Source: Octopus sinensis
Taxonomy: Eukaryota
DNA length: 64,000 nt
Assembly: GCF_006345805.1 (NCBI RefSeq)
Contig: NC_043001.1
Location: 19,158,001-19,222,000 of the forward strand
Reading direction: 5' to 3'
Below are positions 35,601 through 50,593 of the stretch, one piece after another. Position 1 is the stretch's first letter, and each line of letters begins with the position of its first letter. The notes below the pieces were generated by a model. The model did no database searches and had not been told where the DNA came from. It worked only from the letters and a program-made list of their open reading frames with translations. The translations under genes were made by a program, and so were the position numbers.

Positions 35601-36420
35601 GATATAATATTTCGGAATATATAAATTCCTTCTTCAGATGTTGCTAGGAATTGACCGAGTCAATGCCACAATCTATTTTCCAAAGGTTGAAATACATACA
35701 TACATACATACATACATACATACATACATACATACATACATACATACATACATACATACATACATACATACATACATGTATGTATATTTATATGCATATA
35801 TATATGGTAGGAAATAGCAAACGATAGCCACGACTCCAAGTTTCGTGCGAAGGTGGTGTCCTACATCCGTCTGATGTGTGTGTTGAATATATAAATAGAA
35901 CACTACAACAAAAAGAAAATAGCTGATGCGGACATCCTGCAAGCAAAGTCGACTGGAAAGGAAAAAACTTATTTTATAGAAAGATAAATAATTCCATTAT
36001 TATGAGGTAAACGGTAGGGGCGGCAGCTTGACGAAGAAGCAAAGTATTATTTCCATGGAGAAGGAGAGTTTGGAAATCCTATTGAAAAAGTATAGGGAGA
36101 GCAATAGACTGAGTAAGAAGTGGGAGAGAAGGAGATAAAGAGAGAGGGCGCGGAAGAAAGAAAAGTATAGGGGGAAAAGGAATAAAGAAATGGAGGACAA
36201 AGATATTAAACGGACGAAAGGACGAAGGACTGAACAAGGGTTCGACCGCAAGAAGCAGTGGGTGTAGAAGCGTTGGTATTGATGCATCTAAGGTGGCTTG
36301 GACCTTTTTTTTAGACAGTTGTTCCGCTCACATGAACAAAGTGTAAGAGTCTCAAATATAACACTTAAGTACATTACGGTCATAAGACGGATGGAATGTA
36401 ACAGCTTGGGTTTGATATAC

Positions 36421-36504
<84 letters not shown>

Positions 36505-36997
36505 TATATATTCAACTAGAAAGAAAGTAAAGGCTAAAGATTCTGAGACGATGAATATTTACGTATAAATATGTAGATATTTATATATTCACGGATTAAA
36601 CTTACACAGAGTACAGACAAGTACAAATGAGTACAAACGAGTACAAATGAGTACAAACGAGTACAAATGAGTACAAACGAGATTTTAAGGGGAAGAGGTA
36701 AGGTATTGTAAGGTATTGTATCTCGGGGCGCGGAGATCCATCATAATGTTGATAGATGTAGTTCACCAAAACATGCGGCCCGTAATGGAAGCAAATAAAC
36801 AATGGATGAGCTGTTATATTTAATTTGTTTATCCGCATAATTGCTTTTATATTTAATTTGTTTATCCGCATAATTGCTTCTATAATTATGCATGCATGCA
36901 TGTATGTATGTATGTGATTTTATACACACACATATGCCTCAAGTATTTAGGAAAAACCGTTGTGGACCATAAGTGATCCAAACTTTAACTAAATACT

Positions 36998-38070
36998 CTC
37001 TCCCTTTTGAACCCAAATGTGGAAGCTTCGAATGTAACGCAGGCCGCGAAAAAGCATGCTGCTTTCGATGCCTTATCCGTCAGCCACCGTGATTCTGGAG
37101 TTGCAGCCTTCATAAATTTTCCCAGGCCCTTTTCAGATCTTAGATCAGAAAAGATCTCTTGGCCCTTAGCGGAGCCAAAAGCAAAATTACACTCCCGATA
37201 ATCAGATATTGTCAAAAAATTCGATTTTGCCTAACTAACCCAGGGCGCCATCAGCAAGTGAAGATGATAGGCAATGACTGTCATTCACTTGCTGAGGTCA
37301 TTGTTGAAGATGCCTGGACAAACTCGATAAACTCGACAAACTCGACTTTTCTGACAATATCTGACTATCGAGAGTGTACAACTGTCACGTGTATTACGTT
37401 CCAAATACCCCGCGATAGGTGAAAATCCGCGAAGTGGAAACAGTTCTGTACTGTATATTTTATTATTATTTTTATAATCTGTATATATCTATTTTATCAT
37501 AATTGCAAAACAACACCACACACTCGCCTTCCGGGTTTCGTTTTTCATACAGTATGTGCGATTCTTTGTTTATTTATCTACGGTACACTACGTATTTTCT
37601 TTTAATATATTTTAATTAATGTGTTATACAGTGCAGTACTGTACTGTATTTTGATTTATTAACTTATTAATTTTTAGGTGATAAAACGCTTATTTTACCA
37701 CAGAAATAATTAAAATCTAAAAAACTATAAATAGCTATCGCCCGTAGAGACCCGCTATATAATGAGGAGTCCGCGATATAAATTTACATATATTAGCCAG
37801 AAAAATCCGCGAAATACTGACGGCCCGATAGGTGAACTGCAATATGGCGAGTGATTACTGTATTTTTGCTTTTGGTGATGGAACATAAATTCCCACTCGG
37901 GGCCAGGAGCTCATTTCTGATCGTAAACACGAAGGGTCTGGCAAAATTTATGAAGACTGCAATTTCAGAATCACTGTGGCTGGCGGTTAAGGCATCGACA
38001 ACATTGCACTATTTCAAACTCAACGTTACATTCGAAGCTTCCACGTTGGGGTTCAAATGGAGGTTTGGAC
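36998..38070. mobile_element. Foldback element with two nested TA-flanked MITEs (37190-37376 and 37379-37860)
   Basis: Outer arms 36998-37187 and 37863-38070 are reverse complements. MITE1 has ~30-bp TIRs (cactcYcgataRtcagatattgtca). MITE2 has a Tigger-like right TIR. Confidence 0.75.
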
Positions 38071-38645
38071 CCCTTATTGTCCTTAGATAGTTGAGGCAGA
38101 TATATATATCAATATCTTCCTTTTTTTTCTTTCTTTTACTTGTTTCAGTCATTTGACAGTAGCCATGCTGGAGCACCGCCTTTATTCGAGCAAATCGCCC
38201 CCAGGAGTTATTCTTTGTAAGCCTAGTACTTATTCTATCGGTCTCTTTTTCCGAACCGCTAAGTTACGGGAACCGTAAACACACCAGCATCAGTTGTCAA
38301 GCGATGTTGGGGGGACAATAATAGACACATAACCATATACACACACACATATATACATACATATATACGACGGGCTTCTTTCAGTTTCCGTCTACCAAAT
38401 CTACTCGGAAGGTTTTGGTCGGCTCGAGGCTATAGTAGAAGAAACTTGCACAAGGTACCGCGCAGTGGGATTGAACCCGGAACCATCTGGTTCGTAAGCA
38501 AGCTACTTACTACAATGGACAATGGACATGCTCTTCCCTGACTTATCATTTCTCTGTTAGTCATAAGTCCTATAATTCCAATCGCTACTTTCCACAAACT
38601 GCTACACTCCGGAACACAACTCTCGAGTTGTTTCCTCTGGTGTAT

Positions 38646-38696
<51 letters not shown>

Positions 38697-40539
38697 ACAC
38701 ACAGACACACACACACACAGACACACAGACACACACACAGACACACACACACACGTACCACATTGTTGAAGTCATCAGAATTTATTAACTTCGAGATAAT
38801 GTTATAAATAATATGAAGTGTGTGTGTGAGAGAGAGAGAGAGAAAGAGTGAGAGAGAGAGAGAGAAAGAGTGAGAGAGAGAGAGAAAGAGTGAGAGAGAG
38901 AGAGAGAAAGAGTGAGAGAGAGAGAGAGAGAAAGAGTGAGAGAGAGAGAGAGAAAGAGTGAGAGAGAGAGAGAGAAAGAGTGAGAGAGAGAGAGAGAAAG
39001 AGTGAGAGAGAGAGAGAGAGAGAAAGTAGACTCTCCAAACATATTTGAAAATAATCGGGAATATATGACCAGCTAAGCACACCTACGAAAAGAAGCTTCT
39101 AAGTGGTTGTCCGATCTGCTAGAACTAGCAGCCAAACCTTTTGCAAATAACAGCGTACTGTCTTAAAAAAGAAGGGACGGCCGAGAGTGGAACGCTTTTG
39201 ATCAAAGACCAGCAGCATTTACTCACGTTTCTTTATGTTTTGAGTTCAAATCCGTCGAGGTGAACTTTAGTAATTACCCTTGCGGGGCGAATAAAGTTTA
39301 GTACTAGTTAAATTATGAGGTCGATTTAATATTCATATAATTTTATACTTATACGATTTTGTGGCAAAGAAGGGTTGAGGCCCCTGTGGCATAAGAAATT
39401 ACAAAGAAGAAAAGCTGTGGGAGTGCAAATTGAAATGTTCTCGATTGACAGCTTAAAGGACTAAACATCAAAAACCAAAGAACATGATGATAAGAGTTGC
39501 TTCTAGAAAGCATCAGTTCGAGAATAGCTATTAGAATTAGAGGACTTAAGAGTAACAAAAAGTTCAACGAAGAAATGATGCGCCTGGGAAGAGAAGCGGG
39601 TGACACATTTTAAGGTCTTGACAGAAGGTATCAGACTAGAAATTTCATCAGAGCAATGACCCTGGAAATACTTGTAGAGTCACAGCGAAAATATATTTTG
39701 ACGGTGAGCAAGACGCCAATCGATTAGAAAGATGACTTAAATCGTTTTCTAATTCGATCAAGGAAGTTAAGGTAATCAAAGCAGGCTCCAGTCGAAAGAT
39801 GACTATGGTATTCAATGCAAGTTCTTATAATGCATCACAGGTGTGAATGGAGTTATGATAATAAGAGAAGACTGTATTTCATTTCAAAATTTTTAGTACT
39901 CAACATTTCAAAATCTTGCGTACTCCTTGAATGGTGAAATTCATAGTTTCCCAATAGAGAGCTTCATCTCCGATTCAATTTTACTGAAAATCATTTAGAT
40001 TTTCATGCAAGAACGATACTTTTACTTTACTTTTCATTGGACTGCGGTCATGATGGAGCACTACCTTCAAGCGTTTTAGTCGAACAAAGAAATCCCGATA
40101 CTCCTTTTTTTAAAGTCTGGTATTTATCTTATTTCGTTACTATTGCCGAATCGCTAAGCTATTGAGATGTAAATGAACAGACGCCGGTTATCAAGAGGTG
40201 ATGAGCGACGAACACAAAGCCACACACACTACAGGCTTCCATCCAGTTTCCATCAACCAACTTTTCCCACAAGGCCTTGATCAGCAGGAGCTACAGTAGA
40301 AGATACTTGCTCAAGAAACTGTGTCGTGGGTCTGAACCCCGGAACCAAGTGGATGCGAAGCGAGCTTCTTCACCACAAAGCCATGCCCACGCCCGTCAAA
40401 AGGGAAAATCGCAACTAGATTCTAAAGGAATCAGCGTTCGTTCGCGACGGCAGAATTTCGTTCATAGGTGTATTCAATAACTTTCATGAACTCTCATACC
40501 TGCCAAAAAGGTTTTAAGAAACCAAAAACAGTTCAGTAA

Positions 40540-40712
40540 CCCTTTCGATATCAACCCTGCTGAGACCGCCTCTGGCTCTCTGGTACAAATGTTTTGTTTT
40601 CAAAAGTTCTGAGTCAAAATCTTCCACCAAACCTTAGTCACGATTTATGTTTCAAACACTAGATTAATGATAGCTTGGTTATATTCTCAACAGAAATATG
40701 GTAACAAAAGGG
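40540..40712. mobile_element. piggyBac-like MITE
   Basis: ccctttcgata...ggtaacaaaaggg termini with degenerate TTAA flanks. Confidence 0.5.
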
Positions 40713-43700
40713 TTCACACTATAGAGGGACCAGAAGTGAAACAATTGGGGCATCGATAGACTTTCATTATTCATATGGTGGGTGGAGTGCAGATTTTGGT
40801 AAATCTCAGAAATTATATCACTTCAAGGTACAACGAAGAAAGGCTCTCTTTTAAAAGTCAGTGCTCAACTGTGTTCAAGGGAGTTATAGAAATCTCATTA
40901 ACTCTGCTTTTGAGCTTTTTAAACTGTTTGATATAGCAGCAAAATATTTTCACCATTTATACTCAGCCATCCATTTAAGATACATTTGACAATGAAACAT
41001 CTGATAGACATGCAGAGATTCGAACAGCAAGATATTCAGTTAGAGATCACGGGTAAGCCACCAGTTTCCCGCGATTGATCTATAAATCAACCTGTCGATG
41101 TGGAGCTGTGGTGTGATATGGCTTCTCGGAAGAGCTAGAATTCGCCCTCCTGTTACTCTATAAAAGCTGTTTGGTGCCTAACTCAGGCTGACCATCTTGG
41201 GCACTCATTGCAAGCAGACTGCTTAGGACGACCAGGAGCAAGAGATGACTTCAGACATATACGATGTCCGACAGCTAGCCTTCAACAAGACACAGAGCAT
41301 ATCTCTCCTCCCAGCCAGCGGTTATTGTTTCTGCATTTTTCTCTTATAGATAGCCGCAAAGTAAATCATGTCCCTCAATAAATATACTAAAAGTTCGTGA
41401 TTTACTTCATTTATAGTACCCGCAGCCAGCTAGACCAAACGACGATGATCTTCAACAATACAACACACACTAACAAGCAACCACCGCGACATTAGTGACC
41501 GAGTAAAATGGCGAAGACCAAAACAAAGGCTGGAGCACCTTTGGTCGCAGGACTGGTCAATCAGAGCGTTGATGTAAGAAGAGCAACATCTTCATCTTCA
41601 TCAACTTCAACAACAACAACAACAACAATAGCAACAGCAGCAGAAGAAAAAAACGAAGAAGAACAACAGCATCAATAACAACAACAACAAAGACTCTTTC
41701 AAGGGAAGAATGAGGTGGGAAAGTGCTTGACTATGCTAACGAATTAAAGAACGATCAGAAATTGTACGGAATCGAACAGGAAATTTTACGGAATCGAACA
41801 GGTAAAAAGCCCTTAAAAAATTAGAAAATTATATTTACCTTTTCCCATTTTCAGTTCAATAAGTAGAAAAAGAAAGAAAAGAGAAAATTAGGAAATAGTT
41901 TCAAATTGATGGTTCCTTGGTTGAACGGGAGAAAATAGAAATAAAATGAAAAGTTAGCCAAGATATGAACTGTAAGTGTTTTAAGCCTCTTCTGTGGTCG
42001 AACAACCTCCACAAACAGAAACAAACTAAACAATGAAAGAATGAGGAGAGAAATAATTAATACAGCAAAATTTCACACCGGATCATCTCTCTCTCTATTT
42101 GTTTCCCCCTCTCACTGTTTCTCTCTATCTAACTGTCTCGCTCTCCCCCTCTCTCTGTTTTTCGTTTCTAACCACTCCCTTCTGATCATTTACTCACGAG
42201 TTTCCTAGTATTTTTCCTGACGTTCCCCTTCTATTTACACTTCCTATGAAACGAGCAAATGACAATATAACAGAACCAGACGATAAACAAAACACATCGC
42301 TTAACATCCAGATAGTACAGTTTATGCATTTCATACGCAATAACAAAACTGAACGTCATGAATCGCCTTGGACGACCATTACACAATTTATTTTTTTGCA
42401 TTCATTCAATATAGCTTACGCAAGCCTTGCGTGCTTTGCATTCACACAGGAAACGCTTTTAAAAGCGTTATTTAGGGGGTTCACTCGACAGCGCAGCCAA
42501 ATGGTACCAAGTCGGCCTATATGCAGTGACCCCTAATAGAGGGTAAGTTGGATTGTATCGAGACGACAGTTTAGAATTGTCGCATCATAATCCCGTTCAT
42601 GCTCTAGCCACGTTCGGAAAGAACCTCATAGCCACAAAATATTACCACAGCTACTAATATTATCAACGTAGACTTCGTTGATGCTCCATTCAGTTTAAGC
42701 AATTCAGGCAAACCATTGTATAAATGTGGTGAGAAACCGAGGTGTATAAACAAACACTTGTATTCGCAAATGTTACGATAAGAATTTTAAAGCGGCGAGT
42801 TGGCGGAATAGTTAGCACACCGGGCAAAACACTCAGCGGTATTTCGTCTGTCGCTACGTTCTGAGTTCAAATTCCGCCGAGGTCGACTTTGCCTTTCATC
42901 CTTTCGGAGTCGATTAAATAAGTACCAGTTACGCACTGGGGTTAATATAATCGACTTAATCCGTTTGTCTGTCCTTGTTTGTCCTTGTTTGTCCCCTTGT
43001 GGGTAGTAAAGAAATAGGTATTTTGTCTGCCTTAATGATTTGAGTTCAAATTCTGCCCATGTCGACTTTGCCTTTCACCCTCCAGAGGTCGACCAAGCAA
43101 GTACCAGCTGAATACTACGGTCCAATGCAATCGACTTAGCCCCCACAAACTGCTGGTCTTGTGCTAAAATTTGAAGGAGGCAGCGAGCTAGTAGAATCGT
43201 TACTGCACCGAACAAATTACTACCGGCATTTTGTCCATCTTTACGTTCTGGGTTCTAATTCCACCGAGGTCGGCTAAGCCTTTGATCCTTTTGGTGTCGA
43301 TAAAATAGGTACCAGTTAAATACTGAGGTTGATGTAATCGAATTAAGTTCCTGCTCCACCCGTTCGAAATTAATGGCCTCGTCCCAAAATTTGAAAACAA
43401 TATTAGGATAAGAATTGATAACCTGCCATTCTTTAAACAAAGCGTTGATAAGGTGGACTATTACAGCAACGAAGCCTTAGCTGACTGCAGCTTCGCGGAG
43501 AAAAGTTCTTACGCACCCAACTTAAATCAACTATCGCCCAGGAAGGGACTCACAAAAATGTTCTGCTTCGCATCCGCTTTTTTCCCTAAGCGAGAATTCC
43601 CGAAGGATGCAGACCACAAGAAAATGATAAAAGTTCTGACAGCTACCTAAATATCTAGAGACACTTCTTTTATAAGTGCCGGCTGCAAAATTCACACTAA

Positions 43701-44134
43701 CCGACTGGAAAATTCTACACACTCTAGTCTGACATGTTTCGAGTCTCCTGCTGAATTTTGAACCATAACTTTTTGATTATTCCGGCTCAGGACCACGATC
43801 TGCCATACCGCCATAAAAAGCAATGTGTCGCTGTGAACCAATGCAAATATAACTCAACCGATCATAATTCATTGACATATAATGGACGATGCGAGGAACT
43901 TCATTGGAAGTGTGCTAGTTTTTTCCGCTAAGTAGATTGTGCGAAGCTTATAAAAAGTTGGCGAATTCAACCTCAGACTAAAGAGCCACTGAGCAGTACA
44001 CACAGAACGATGTCGCTCTGCTCAGTAAATTAGTTTCTCACCTTCTTTTCTTTTACTTAACATGTTTATGTTGAGTCGACATTGAGTTGTAACGTCCAGT
44101 CACACAGACATTAGGAACCTTCTATAAAATATTA

Positions 44135-45689
44135 TTATGTAGTCCGGAAAGTTCTGAACGTTATTTGATATGTAAAAAGTGATATAAATGATTGATATTT
44201 CAATAAATTTCATTCAATGAAATAATTTTCCTTTTTATTAATGACATTTGCCCATCTATCAGGCAATTGAAATATTTACATCAGCATAAAGTTTGATGAA
44301 AAAAAGTAATCTAGATGCATTTTGACTCCATCTGGATAGTTAAATATTTTTCCTTGCAATAAGTTCTGTAGAAACAAAAACAAGTAGTAGTTGGATTGTA
44401 CAATATCAGGAGAATATGGTGGATGGAGTAAGAGATCCCAGCCAAGTCCATGTAACTTTGTTCGGGTAGCGAAAGACACATGTGGTCGGGCATTGTCTCG
44501 TTGGAACACTACCCGTTTCCTGTTGGCGATCTTCAGCCTCAATTCTTTGATTTGTTTGTTTTGAAATTAGCCACGTGACGACAGTACACTTTAGAATTAT
44601 TGGTCTGGTTTTGTGAGAGAAGCTCATTATAAATAATGCCTTTATGCTCCATCCAAACACAAAGCATAGCTTTTTTGGCATGGATATTCGTCTTTGGTTG
44701 CTGTTTTGGGAAATCCTTACACAAACTCCAGGATCTTTTCCCCACACAATCCCTTTTTCATTTTCAGTCACAACTTGTTTCAAAATAGTATGCTTTCATT
44801 CCGTTTCAAAAGATGTCACAAATAGAATACCGGTCTAAGTAATTATTTTCTGAGAGTCGGCGAAGGACCCATACATTATAGCGAGAAATATATTCTAGCT
44901 TCAATAGGTGTTCATGAGCCGTACTTTTAGAAACTTCCAACTCCTCTGCAACTTCTCTAGCCGTGGTATTTGAGTTTTTCTTCGATTGTTGCTTTCAAAA
45001 CATCTTCATCCAAATTTGATTTTGTCCTCTTCCAAGCTAAACTCTCCAGCTTAAAATTTTGCAAGCTTCCATCGAACAGTTGATTCACATACAGGATCAT
45101 TGCCATAAACTTCACAAATGTTTTTGCAAGCGTTTGCAACATTTTGCTTTTTGAGAAAGAAAGCATTACAACGCGTAACTATTTCAAATGTCAATAAAGG
45201 ATAGCCGTAATCTCTCTCTATATAAAGCTGAAGTTGTCTGTGTGTGGCAGGTTTGACCAAAATTGAGAGTATGATATAAGATGGCTTGCTCTTCATTCCG
45301 TAGGAGATAAAATTCAAATCGGACCACGTTAACACCAAAAATTATTTATATCAAAAAGGTGCTTTTTTTTCTATGAAAATCCCGATTTTTTACGATTTTT
45401 TAACTGCTGTGTTGCCATTTTTCGGTGTATTTCAACCAGAAAAATGTTCACTTAAAGGGAATAACAAGCTACTTTTCAAAAATTCCAATTCTAAAGGGTC
45501 GAAACAAACCCGAGCAACACCGGACGATGCTGCTAATGAAAAGATAAATCTATTCTTAGTCAGTAACAAAGAAGAGATGCACTTCCACTTCAAGCAACAC
45601 CAGAGTTTTAACTGTTTCGTTTAAGGTGTGTTCTAGGAAGGCTTAAAAGAATTAGTTTAAAACCGCTCAGAACTTTCCGGACAACCAAA
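44135..45689 (-). mobile_element. Mariner (Tc1/mariner) transposon, decayed
   Basis: TA-flanked TIRs (..gtccggaaagttctga.cg). Transposase motifs KKAMLCVW, FQRDNARPH, HPPYSPD and an N-terminal HTH, frameshifted. Confidence 0.92.
45211..45536 (+). mobile_element. Non-autonomous Helitron-like element nested in the mariner
   Basis: A|TC...cccgagcaacaccggacgatgctgCTAA|T. Sister of 8453-8846. Confidence 0.8.
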
Positions 45690-45949
45690 TAGATGATATT
45701 ATGAATGTTGTTCATAATTATTGAAGACGAAATAAATAGGAAGAATTAAAACTACGTCATTGTATGTTATGTTCGTTATCTCACCAATGTTGTTTCGTTA
45801 AATCAAATATATATTCACATGCTATTATGAACGATGCAGGTTAATAAAAGGATGAAAACTACATGGAAACATCCGTCCGTCCATTCTTCTCTTCCTTTCT
45901 GCCTGCCTTCCTCTCTTTGAACATCTCCTCCATAGAGTCCTGTCAGAAA

Positions 45950-46280
45950 CAACCATAATTAAACTTTCCTGCTAGATTCTCAAACGTGTCTAACAGAGGC
46001 TTTGAACCTTATCCAACTATCTCATTCTTGGTCTACACCTGTCTCCTGCCGATTGATCCAACTAAAAGAACCCATCTTACGATTCATTCCTGTAACATTT
46101 TAATCGCATGTCCGTAGTACCAGGGCTGCGACTTCTCAATGTGAAGTAGTGATTCGACCGTGAGGAACTTCCTGATCTCCGAGTTATGCCCTGTCGAGTA
46201 ACGTTACTCCAGAGATCCTTTGGTAGAGTTCCAGTTCGTCTGCTTGTGTTCGCGATCGTATTTTTACGCATTTTCATACG
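45950..46280 (-). mobile_element. Decayed RTE LINE 3' fragment
   Basis: SEIRKFLTVESLLHIEKSQPWYYGHAIKMLQE...GRRQV. Confidence 0.6.
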
Positions 46281-46802
46281 AAGTACATGTTAAATAAACT
46301 AAGTTTAGAAACTTACTCTAAGCTGGTATTGGGAACAAAATTAGACCTATCAGCATCTTACGATCTCCTGTGATCTCAGATAGAGCATCATTGGATACAG
46401 GTGTAAACCATTGGGGAATAGTGGAGTTTAAAAGAATGAAAAATGAATCACCTTAGTTAATGAAATCAAAATCCCTAAAAAAATATGAATGAAATGTAAC
46501 CAGGTTCAGTTCTACATAGATCCTTTATATGAAATCCAATATTGCAAAGAGTTTGTTAAACTGATGATGATTATAATTATGATGACGAAGATGGGATGGG
46601 ATTTGAGAGGAATCTGACCTGCTCCCTCTAAAAGGTCAGAAGACAACACGGAAGTTTCCTCTTTGGTTCATGTGCTGTTTCTTAAATTCTAAAACAATTA
46701 TACTCTTTGTAAGAAAAGTCCTCTGGAGACAAAAAATAAAAAGAGTTTAAAAAATATGAAAATAGCAGCCAAATCTCCTTTCAATAATACTCCACCAACA
46801 TT

Positions 46803-46803
46803 A

Positions 46804-46862
<59 letters not shown>

Positions 46863-47430
46863 ATTTTTGGCTCAAAAAGCAAAAAGCAAGGCCATGTAGG
46901 GGGACATGGGGTTATGTACAGGGTGGTGTTCATGTAAAGAGTTCAGGCCAGTTGAAGTCAAGGGAGACTTTGAACCGAGCGGTCGTCGGCATCTTCACTA
47001 TCTCGTCCGGCAGCTTATTCCACGGATCCGCAACCCGGACGGAGAAAGCCCCTCTCCTTCGATTGAGATGAAATCGTCGCAGATAGAGCTTTTCGGAATG
47101 ACCCCGCAGCCGACGCTCTGGAGCAGGAGTGAAGAACAGCTCTTTCGAGAGGTTACACTTTCCGCTTATGATGTTGTGAGCAAGAATGAGATCTCCACGG
47201 CGTCGTCGTTTTTCTAGAGAATAAAGGTCGAGCGTCTTCAGCCTTTCTTCATAAGACAAATTCTTGAGACCAAGAACCATGCGGGTAGCCAGCTTCTGGA
47301 CTCTTTCGAGATGCTATATGTCTTTGAGGAGATAAGGAGAAGAGGCTTGAATCCCGTACTCCAATATGGGTCTCACCAGCGTGACATAGAGCGGTAGGAA
47401 TATGGCTGCTGTGAACGTCTACTTTTCCAT
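46803..47430 (-). mobile_element. CR1-clade LINE 3' end with (TAAC)n tail
   Basis: RVQKLATR..GLKNLSYEERLKTLDLYSLEKRRRRGDLI...FSVRVADPWNKLP. Confidence 0.92.
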
Positions 47431-47439
47431 GCTTGCATG

Positions 47440-47710
47440 GGTCAGATGGAATTTGTGCTGATATCATGCAGTAGGCAACCTCTACCTTCTCAAAAGTGGT
47501 TCGTGTTATTTGTGATGAAACTTTTTCAACTAAGGACAATTTGTCACCCACAGCACATATTCAAACAGCAGGAAGACCATACTACTGTGATATCTGTTGT
47601 AAAGCATTTTCTAAAAGCGGTCAGTTGTCGTTTTTCCATCCAAAGGAGAGACCATACCATTGTGTTATCTGTGGTCAGACACTTTATTTTACAAGTGGTC
47701 ATTTTCTTTT
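47440..47710 (+). pseudogene. Degenerate C2H2 zinc-finger array fragment
   Basis: ICDETFSTKDNL..HIQTAGRPYYCDICCKAFSKSGQL..ERPYHCVICG. His ligands are lost. Confidence 0.75.
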
Positions 47711-48518
47711 GCCTTGCTTATTTTTTTACATTTTGGCGTTTGCTGGTTTTTTCTTGAGAACACACTCTTTGTTATGGGGCCGCAAACACTCCCACCACTG
47801 GTTGTGAAGCTATGAAGGGAGGACATAGACACACAAACATACATACATACATACATACATACATACATACATACATACATACAACGGGCTGTTTTCAGTT
47901 TCCGTCTACCAAATCCATTCATTTTCGGTCGGCCCAAGGCTATGGTAGAAGACACTTGCCCAAGGTTTCATGCAGTGGGACTGAGCCCGGAACCATGTAG
48001 CTGGTAAGCAAGCTACTTACCACACAGCCACTCCTGTGTGTTGTGTTCTTGAGCAAGACACTTCATTTCTTGATGCTCCGGTTGACCCAGCTACGTAAAC
48101 TATTTAAAAAAATATATTTACCTTTCCGTGCACTTATATATCTATATGTGCACATAAAGGGTAGAGACCCCTTTCGGTCATAAATGGCCATGGGATTGCT
48201 CCTAGAAATTACCCTCTGAGGCACAAGTCCGGGCAAGGTTGTTTCCTGAAGACCTGTAGTTGCCCATGCAACTCTCCATGCGACGGGTGTTATCCAAGGG
48301 AAAGGCAAAGGGTGACACAGCCTGGCACCAGTGAGATTCGAACTCATTTCTACAGCTGAGCAAACAGGAGCAACATGAAGTAAAGCTCAAGAACACAACA
48401 CACAGTCCAGTCTGGGAATCGAACTCAGTACGTCATGATTGTTAACCAAATCCTCTAAATACATACAATACATATCTATATGTTTAGATGAAAATATATA
48501 GATATGCATTAACATATA

Positions 48519-48903
48519 TCTATATATATAAAAGAAAAGTTGTGTGGTGTCTGTCTCCTACGATTTAGATTCCTAACTACTCCCACATTTTGCGGTGCAG
48601 TTTAACCAAAAGCGGGTATCTTATAGTCGTGATTCATATCCAGCCCTTCTGGGTATTAGCATGCGTCTACGATGAGTCTACGATTGAAAAAAAAATTACC
48701 ATAATTTTTTCCATTTTTAATGCATTTTTTGCTATTATATAAGGGAAGTAATTCTCTAAAAATGTCTACGATGAGTCTACGATTTAAAAAAAAAATTACC
48801 ATAATTTTTTTTCCATTTTTAATGCATTTTTTTGCTATTATATAAGGGAAGTAACTCTCTAAAAAGGCTTATATAGTTAATTCCTTTACAAACCCGAGCA
48901 ACG
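48519..48903 (+). mobile_element. Helitron-like element, 3' end clipped (full copy at 62928-63328 -)
   Basis: A|TCtatatatataaaag... The right-arm copy ends cccgagcaacgccgggcgatactgCTAG|T. Confidence 0.75.
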
Positions 48904-48979
48904 TTTGTATATATAAATATTTGTAGGAATGTATAGTCTGTCTGTCTCCCTGTCCGCGTGTCTGTCTGTATGTGTGTGT

Positions 48980-49069
<90 letters not shown>

Positions 49070-50396
49070 GTGCGTGTTAAATAAAATGAGACTACAAATC
49101 CAAGGCAGTGTGGAATTTCTAGAACATTTATGAAGCGAAAGGTAGTCTTACAGCTATTTCAGGGATATAAAGGATATCAGAGACGATATGCGAGAGTTAA
49201 ATAGAAGGAAATAGTAGAGTTGTGAGTGTGTCTTTGTGTCTGTGTTTGTATCCTCGCCATCGCTTGACAACCGATGCTAGTGTGTTTATGTCCCCGTAAC
49301 TTAGAGGTTTGGCACAAAAAGCCCGATAACGGGAGTACTAGGTTTACAAAGACCAAGTTATGGGGTGGGTCAATTTCTTCGACTATAACCCTTTTAAGCG
49401 GTGCTCCAGCATGGCCGCAGTAAAAATGACTGAAACAAGTAAAAAAAAATAAAAGGATACGAATCAAATCAATTAAATATCAGGAATGCAAACGTCTTAA
49501 TTAAATTTAATTAACAAGACACAGTACCTGAACTAGTCACAGCTCACCGAGTCTTCTATTTCTCTTAGCTTCAAATAATAAAAGACTCGTATTTATATAA
49601 GCGTGGAGGAACATGGTCTAGTGGTTAGAGCAGCGAACTCGCGGTCGAGGGATCGCGGGTTCGAATCTCAGACCGGGCGATGTGTGTGTTTAAGAGCGGA
49701 ACATTTATAGAAGCACGCGATCTTCGTCCCTTGATAATTCCATGTAAAGAGAAAACAACTCTAAAGATAGTTCTGAGCAGTTCCAGTGCAACTTGCCATA
49801 ACAACTACATAGAAAATGATAAATTTATATTCATATTCAATTTGTTTCATTAAAACTTCCAACACTAACTCTTTGTTATCCCTTTTTCTACAAGCATCTG
49901 TGGTTTCTGCTTTAGTCACCAGCATAGCATTGCAGCTAAGCTGAGCAAACGAGACACCTCAACGCTTTTCGCTCGGCCTCGTAGAAATAGCAGTCAAATC
50001 TTCTAGCCACACCTTTCTGTGAGATATGGTTGTAGTAAATACGTTTGTGGTCACAGATGGAATGTATTTTGATCTGAATTGACTTAAGCTATACAACAGC
50101 AACGTAGTGCGTGCAGAAAGGCTGGGTGAAAAGAAGTTGTGTGGTTAAGAGGTTTGTTTCATAAGTATATGATTTGAGGTTCAATCCCACTGCACGACAC
50201 TTTGTTGTTGCATGACTAATATGTTGTGACATCAATGCTGTAGACACAAAACTGGGCAGTGCAGAAGCTCATCGAATACACAATATCCGGTTTCGAGATG
50301 CATAAACAGAACCTTCCCTATGGCATTCCACGATTACACACCAAGCTCCGTGTTTAAGATGAAAAACAATGCCGCGACCAAAAAGGTTGGGTTTAT

Positions 50397-50593
50397 GGCA
50401 CTACTTAAATACAGAGGTCCCGCTGCATCGACGTAACGATGCTTTTACAGTGCACACTCGTTAGGGTACGATAAGGGTCAGTTTCATGGTTATGGTTAGG
50501 GTTTAGAGTTAGGGTTTAGGGTTTAGAGTTTAGGGTTAATTGTAGGATTAGTGTTACGTAGATGCATGAGGACCTCCCTATTTAAGTAGTAGC
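50397..50593. mobile_element. MITE with internal TTAGGG/TTTAGGG-like repeats (copy at 60644-60832)
   Basis: TIR core actacttaaata..gaggtcc at both ends. Confidence 0.7.

Noticed and set aside
40990-41457. LTR-like segment (TATA-like box, aataaa, ends ...caaca)
   Set aside because: No matching 5' TG terminus or TSD could be identified.
50460-50540. Interstitial telomere or telomere healing
   Set aside because: The few degenerate TTAGGG/TTTAGGG units are internal to a TIR-bounded MITE.
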